NCBI GenBank assembly: GCA_024704765.1
Contig: JAKMXF010000141.1
Span: 1 to 14,278 of the forward strand
DNA from: Oopsacas minuta
Lineage: Eukaryota; Animalia; Porifera
DNA: 14,278 nt
Direction of reading: 5' to 3'
Positions 8,910 to 14,278 of this stretch are shown here, one piece after another (within the stretch, counting starts at the first letter, position 1; each line of letters starts with the position of its first letter). The position numbers and the translations under genes were made by a program. The notes beneath the pieces were generated by a model. The model was given only the letters and a program-made list of their open reading frames with translations. It had not been told where the DNA came from and did no database searches.

Positions 8910-10247
8910 ATGTATTGTTATTTACTTATGTTCAAATTCAGAGAAATCCCAACTTACCTGTCTGTTGCTGTCTGCTACTTGGGAGCATTTTCTGTATCAT
9001 TTATTCTAGGTTATCCATCTCCCACACAGAAACAACTAGTCGAGGAGAACATTCTAGGTTTCTATACTCTCCCTATATTCGCAGGTGTGTCTATACTTAC
9101 AAAGATAATAGGATTACTACTACTTCCGTGTCTGTTACAAACTAACATCAGTATTAATGCATTAGTAGTCATTGATTGTATTATAGGAGCAATAGGATGG
9201 ATATTGATAATATCTACTGATACATCTTATATACTGATTATTGGAGTTAGCTTTGTAGGTTTGTATTGTGGTGTAACTACTATATTCTTGAATTCATACG
9301 TTGCAGAGGTTTGTAGTGTCCAACAGCGTCGTGTGTTGAGTGGAGGTATAGGATTCTGTATGAGAATAGGTTTATTGATCGCATATTTTCTTGGTATTTG
9401 GCTTTCATTCAGATATCTTGCAATAGTTGGATTCCTTCTCTTATTCTTGTTTGCAGTTTGTATGCTGTTTATTCCTCTCTCGCCGGTTTGGTATATTCGC
9501 CAGGGTCTAGAAGCTAGAGCAGAGCATACTCTACGATATCTACACGGTAATACATTTGATGCTGACAGGGAAATCAAATTAATTAAAACTGCTAATTCAA
9601 CAGCTCAAACTAGTTGGAGAGATAGTATTAGCTCACTCAAGGATTTCAGAGTTCTTAAACCTATTTTGATTGTTTCTTCTTTTGCAGTTTTAAAAGAGGC
9701 AGGCGGTCATGCAGGAATGGTATCATTCTCCTCTCAGATATTAGAGAATCAGCAAGGAATTGATCCTAAAATCGCATCTCTATTTTATCCTATCTTTCTA
9801 ATCATAGGAGCTATAGTATCAATTTGTATTATTAATCATTGCAAGTTGAAATGGCTGCTAATTGTAGCTTGTTCTCTCCAAGCACTCTCCCACTTCTCCA
9901 TGGCAGTGTATTACTTAGTATCTGACCGTTACTTAGACTGTGCTAGCTATTCCTCCCAGTTGTGTACGATATTAAGCTTCTGGCCGATGTGTAACATTGC
10001 TCTTTACGCATTCGCATTCTCTCTAGGGTGGGGTCTAGTGATATACTCTCTAATGGCAATAATGTATACATCTAATCGGGAGATATCTGTATGTATTTCT
10101 GAGGTTGTGACTAATCTATCTGGATACTTTATTATCTTCTTATTCTATCTGTTACTACATTCTATAGGAGGATTATGGACGTTTATGGTTTTTTGTATTC
10201 TTAGCTTGCTTTCTATTGTATTTGTATACAAATTTCTTAATATATAA
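8910..10247 (+). CDS. Intronless MFS sugar-porter family transporter (SLC2A6/8 / Tret1-like, divergent), nested in DUS3L intron 2; second ATG at 8928 is an equally plausible start
   Basis: 445-aa ORF with 12 hydrophobic segments in 6+6 arrangement. GYPSPT at the end of TM1 (cf. GYSSP), SYVAEV..RR after TM4, PLSPVWY after TM6 (cf. PESPRW), LGWG in TM10. Confidence 0.9.
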   Translation: MYCYLLMFKFREIPTYLSVAVCYLGAFSVSFILGYPSPTQKQLVEENILGFYTLPIFAGVSILTKIIGLLLLPCLLQTNISINALVVIDCIIGAIGWILIISTDTSYILIIGVSFVGLYCGVTTIFLNSYVAEVCSVQQRRVLSGGIGFCMRIGLLIAYFLGIWLSFRYLAIVGFLLLFLFAVCMLFIPLSPVWYIRQGLEARAEHTLRYLHGNTFDADREIKLIKTANSTAQTSWRDSISSLKDFRVLKPILIVSSFAVLKEAGGHAGMVSFSSQILENQQGIDPKIASLFYPIFLIIGAIVSICIINHCKLKWLLIVACSLQALSHFSMAVYYLVSDRYLDCASYSSQLCTILSFWPMCNIALYAFAFSLGWGLVIYSLMAIMYTSNREISVCISEVVTNLSGYFIIFLFYLLLHSIGGLWTFMVFCILSLLSIVFVYKFLNI

Positions 10248-10525
10248 TATGTCAATAATATTCTTGTGTTTGTTTATCTGATTATTTGTGAAAGTTAAAT
10301 CAATTTTTTTGCTGTAAATTAGAGTTGTGTCTGTCCGATACTGGACTGATGCAACACCTAAAGTGTCAATTATGCAGACATGAAGGACACAAAGTGCTGA
10401 TAGTGAGACTCAAATTTGTATTGGCTCAATGGCCCAGAAATTCCTGGATGAATTCCTCCTAGTTTATTCTATTTGTGTAACCACCAAATATGTTAGGCAC
10501 TGGTATTATCTAAATCCAGTATTTA

Positions 10526-10913
10526 AACTCGAACCTCTCTTATTCAGACCCCTGAAATACTGGAAACTCCCTCTACCTTGCACTATTTTCCAAATTGATC
10601 GAAATGAATTTGATCATTTTCTTTAAAATTTCCTTATAATAGACCTGTCATAATTCCTACTTCATTGTTAACACCTTTCCGTTAGTTAAGTGTTACTTTT
10701 CTCTGACATCTTTGGAGAAATGTGTAGCAGAAAGTATCTTACAAGTTTCTTTGTAATGACAAACCGTCAAAACATTTATATTCGTCAATTCAAACACATC
10801 TCGATATTTATCCTAATTATATGCTATAATGGGATCTCCCATATAGCTACTGTTATTTCTGACCTCCGGGAACTCTCCGGTGCGGCACTGCCCGGATAAG
10901 AGAGGTTCAAGAG
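10526..10913. mobile_element. pogo/Tc1-type MITE relic, about 390 bp
   Basis: Perfect 13-bp inverted pair GAACCTCTCTTAT (10531-10543)/ATAAGAGAGGTTC (10896-10908), continuing TCAG vs CCGG. Left flank TA. The outermost bases are decayed, so boundaries are approximate. Confidence 0.6.
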
Positions 10914-11506
10914 GCTTAGTAAAAGGATATATTAATGATATATTGGATCTACCAGATCCTAATTGATCAAGACAATTTCAGTTCTGTCTGGTCCCTGTCC
11001 AGAATTCTGTAGCAAGCAGCAACACTAGCATAGCCTAATTCCTTGATCTACTGATCAAGATCCTGCTGAGATGAGCAGATCCCGATCCTAGTTGAAATGA
11101 TATTCGGTATTACTATCGTTTCGACTTCCGATTCGAGTTTCTGAAAGGATCTACGATTTGATGATCATGACTAAATTCACTCTATAGCTCTACTTATTAA
11201 AATCAAGGTTGCAACCGTGCCGCTCGAACCGAATATGAATAGCATTAATTAATAGCGAATAGTACCCCTACCAATAAACACGGAATATGCAGTTCTGTAA
11301 TATATATATATATAATATTGTCAATTATTTGACTTGGCGATACTCTAACGGTTTGTGGTTACTAAAATAAATATGATAGACGTTAAGCACAACTAAACAT
11401 AACTGAGAAATATGCAGAAAGTTAAAAAATGTATTTAAATCTTTTTGGAAATAAGTTGCCCGCATCTCGGAGGTTTGACTGTAGTATTATCGCCTATACT
11501 CTGTAG

Positions 11507-11709
11507 CTATTAATTCAGAATCACAAGATGTATCTGCAATATTCAGCACGAGAGAGATACGCGAGGAGAGAAAGAAGATAGATTTCAGAGGGAAGCTGTA
11601 TCTAGCTCCGCTAACTACCGTAGGGAACTTTCCTTTCAGAAGAATATGCTCTGAGTATGGAGCTGAGATTACGTGTGGAGAGATGGCTATGGCATCTCCT
11701 CTTATGCAG
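11507..11709 (+). CDS. DUS3L: DUS3L coding exon 3 (start of Dus TIM barrel)
   Basis: Acceptor CTCTGTAG|CT, phase 1 (T+CT = Ser). [36 protein letters not shown]. Donor CAG|GTAACG, phase 0. Confidence 0.96.
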
Positions 11710-11948
11710 GTAACGTATATCATATTTGTCAAGTCTTGCGGATCCAAAGTGAAACTCACGTATTTGAACACAATATCATTTTCATTTTTGCCTTCTCACT
11801 TTAACTTTTCTGGGTAAATACAGTATAGTGTATAGTGGTTAGATTCTCACATTTGTTATCAATTTCATTTCCAAAACTAGCTAAATCAGCTGATCTTGAA
11901 CAAATCTCACTGTTTGTTTTATAAATATTGACAGCTATGTCATACACA

Positions 11949-12131
11949 CAATCAATTCCGGTTACATCCAAGCTCAAGGGACCACGATAATTACTTCGAT
12001 ATAAACGGATTCGATGTAACCGTTGGAATATATGTTATTTCGAGTGTTTGGGACCATATTTGTACTATCGCAGGCTCCGATACGAGCGAGTATTTTGATA
12101 TATCCGTGTTCGATACAATAAGAGTTGGCTG
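11949..12131. mobile_element. Degraded pogo/Tc1-type MITE, about 183 bp
   Basis: Left CAATCAATTCCGGTTACATCCAA vs reverse complement of the right end CAGCCAACTCTTATTGTATCGAA (14/23, 7 of 9 mismatches are transitions). Right flank TA, left flank CA. Internal TTCGAT(A) motifs recur. Confidence 0.45.
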
Positions 12132-12169
12132 TATTACTCATTACTTTATCTCTATGTATACACTAATAG

Positions 12170-12417
12170 GGTATGCAGCAAGAATGGAGTTTGATTGATA
12201 AAAGAAATCATTACAATTGGCAGGGACATTCTACACTAAACAGTAGTTCTATAGTCGGTGCTCAGCTCTGTGGGAGTTACGCGGATACTATGACGAGATG
12301 TGCAGAGGTTATTGGGAGTTATTCAGAGGTGGACTTTATCGATGTTAATCTAGGTTGTCCAATAGACCTGGTGTGTAATAAGGGAGGAGGAGCTGCTCTC
12401 ATGGGACGACCTACCAG
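12170..12417 (+). CDS. DUS3L: DUS3L coding exon 4 (catalytic NxGCP)
   Basis: Acceptor TAATAG|GGT, phase 0. EWSLI..GAQLCG..DTMTRCAE..VDFIDVNLGCPIDLV..GGGAALM. Donor AG|GTAGAA, phase 2. Confidence 0.96.
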
Positions 12418-12715
12418 GTAGAACTTGTGTTGGTTATCAAATAATTTCCTCAGCTACTAAATTGCGGTCTAACATTAATAAACACACTGCATTGCCAAAA
12501 CTCGAAAGTATTAGAACTTCCTAGCACTTGTTACGCTAGCGTCGCATTGCGAGAATATGTTGAAACTTCTGTGGATCCAGCAGGAAGTAAGGAAAAATCG
12601 CCTTTTCTCATTGTTTATGATATAATGATGTTCACAAATGTTTGAAATAATCTTCAGTTAATGCATGCATATTTGTGATTGTCAATTGTATCAGTTGTTC
12701 CATTACTATTATATA

Positions 12716-12783
12716 CAGTGGAGGTCCAATATTAACAACTAAAATTCGTGCAAATACGAGTTGCTAATATGCGAACTCCACTA
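12716..12783. mobile_element. 68-bp mini-MITE / hairpin with CAGTGGA terminus
   Basis: 25-nt arms 12716-12740 and 12759-12783 match at 20/25 as inverted repeats around an 18-nt loop. Left flank TA. Confidence 0.55.
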
Positions 12784-12887
12784 AATGTATAATATATACA
12801 GATATAAATACAAAATAGTATACATACCATAAATCCTTTCCTTGACGACGACAGTATTGTGACTTTGACAAAGATTTTCTCCTATAG

Positions 12888-13163
12888 ACTCAGCTCTATA
12901 ATCCGAGGCATGCGTTCTGTGCTTGACATTCCATTAACAGTAAAGCTACGAACTGGTTTGGAGGAAGGCAAGCCCTCTGCTCACAAGCTTATCCCTCTCC
13001 TTAAGGAGTGGGGAGTAGATGCTATCACATTACACGGGAGGTCTCGTGCTCAGAGATACACAAAGCTAGCTGACTGGGAGTACATATCAGAGTGTGCAAA
13101 GCTAGCAGACCCAGTACCACTCATTGGTTGTGGAGACATTCTATCTCATGAAGATTATTATCG
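12888..13163 (+). CDS. DUS3L: DUS3L coding exon 5
   Basis: Acceptor TTTTCTCCTATAG|A, phase 2 (AG+A = Arg). [29 protein letters not shown]. Donor CG|GTGAGT, phase 2. Confidence 0.96.
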
Positions 13164-13408
13164 GTGAGTAACTATTGTGTAGTTATTCTTATTTCTTTAG
13201 TGTTAATTATTATTGTTTGCAAGCGCTGGCTCAAGGCAGCGCAGTGCTAATTCATTTTCGTCAGAAGCAACCTTAAAATATCTTTCTGTTTAAGAATGCT
13301 TGTTAGTGCTTAGGTTTTTTCATACTTTTTCAGTAACTCTATGTAAATTTACTGACTATGCACGATTTGTGAATTCTATTGAAATAGCTATCAGTGTTGA
13401 ACTACCTT

Positions 13409-13486
13409 CGCAGCGGGCATTACATTTGGATATCGCGCAGCGGGCATTACATTTAGATATCAGCGCAGTGGGCATTACATTTGGAT
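13409..13486. repeat. 27-28-bp tandem repeat x2.8 (CGCAGCGGGCATTACATTTGGATATCG)
   Basis: Units start at 13409, 13436 and 13464. Confidence 0.9.
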
Positions 13487-13604
13487 GAATGTTCGCCTAA
13501 TCCGGAGTAATATTAATTGGGTATTTATTGTAGAGACCTGAATTCTATACAGATTTGTCTATCTTATCCATAAATTCATATGAATGAGATTCCACTGTAT
13601 TTAG

Positions 13605-14037
13605 GTGCTTAGAGACAGGTGTATCTGGGTGTATGATAGCTAGAGGTGCATTAATGAAACCATGGATATTCACTGAGATTAAGGAACACAGAGTTTGGGA
13701 TATATCAAGTCAAGAGAGATTTCAAATGTTACAACGATACAGCAACTATGGAATAGAGAGGTGGGGCAGTGATACTGAAGGCGTAGAGAAAACAAGACGT
13801 TTCTTGCTAGAATGGCTCTCTTTCTTATATAGATATATCCCAGTAGGTCTCCTGGAGAGAATTCCTCAGAAAATGAATGAGAGACCTCCTCCTTTCCAGG
13901 GAAGAGATGACCTCGAAACTTTAATGGCTTCTAATAACTCAGCTGATTGGGTTAAACTGAGTACAATGTTATTAGGTCCACCTCCTGATAACTTCTTCTT
14001 TCTACCTAAACACAAAGCTAATTCATACTCAAATTGA
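13605..14037 (+). CDS. DUS3L: DUS3L coding exon 6 (terminal)
   Basis: Acceptor TATTTAG|G, phase 2 (CG+G = Arg). [71 protein letters not shown]. Stop TGA 14035-14037. Confidence 0.97.
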
Positions 14038-14119
14038 GTAAATATATGTTTGTGTTGCTTTCCTGTATTTGGGAATATTCAATTGCAACTTGATTGCTTG
14101 GTTCTTGTAGAATACTTTA

Positions 14120-14125
14120 ATTAAA
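14120..14125 (+). terminator. Candidate polyadenylation signal ATTAAA for DUS3L
   Basis: Hexamer match 83 nt after the stop codon. Positional evidence only. Confidence 0.3.
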
Positions 14126-14180
14126 ATGTAGAATATTGTGGAAGATAATTCCATACGCATAAACACAGAACTGGATTGGT

Positions 14181-14278
14181 ATACATACATACATACATAC
14201 ATACATACATACATACATACATACATACATACATACATACATACATACATACATACATACATACATACATACATACAT
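14181..14278. repeat. Pure (ATAC)n microsatellite, at least 24 copies, running off the window end
   Basis: Seen directly. It explains ORF 14029..14274. Confidence 0.98.

Noticed and set aside
8816-9577. ORFs 8816..9145 (+) and 9227..9577 (-)
   Set aside because: Alternative-frame and antisense shadows of the transporter CDS.
10429-10899. ORFs 10429..10626 and 10690..10899; likewise 4803..5012, 6648..6851 and 13300..13488
   Set aside because: Short, motif-free, and lying in MITE, TIR, repeat or intron sequence.
11487-11771. Minus-strand 94-aa ORF
   Set aside because: Antisense shadow of DUS3L exon 3.
11830-11850. GTATAGTGGTTAG, resembling a tRNA D-arm/A-box
   Set aside because: No B-box (GTTCRA) or cloverleaf at the proper distance.
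14029-14274. Minus-strand (MYVC)n ORF
   Set aside because: Artefact of the (ATAC)n microsatellite.

Overview
AT-rich eukaryotic (animal) genomic DNA. The compact gene structure and the NHL-propeller and MULE content resemble a sponge-type genome, but that is an inference. The window is dominated by one six-exon + strand gene for tRNA-dihydrouridine(47) synthase DUS3L, join(~2971..3210,3857..4226,11507..11709,12170..12417,12888..13163,13605..14037). All five introns are GT-AG and phase-consistent, giving about 589 aa. The 7.28-kb second intron holds, on the same strand as the host, a six-blade NHL-repeat ORF with no start codon of its own and an intronless 12-TM sugar-porter (SLC2/Tret1-like) gene with rewritten signature motifs. 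Between them sits a complete 2100-bp Mutator-like (MULE) transposon with a perfect 9-bp TSD, whose decayed transposase ends in a RING finger. DUS3L exon 1 has no in-frame ATG. The introns also carry four pogo/Tc1-type MITE relics and two minisatellites, and CATA-type microsatellites flank the gene. Bases 1-2200 contain only weak, unidentified coding-like remnants.
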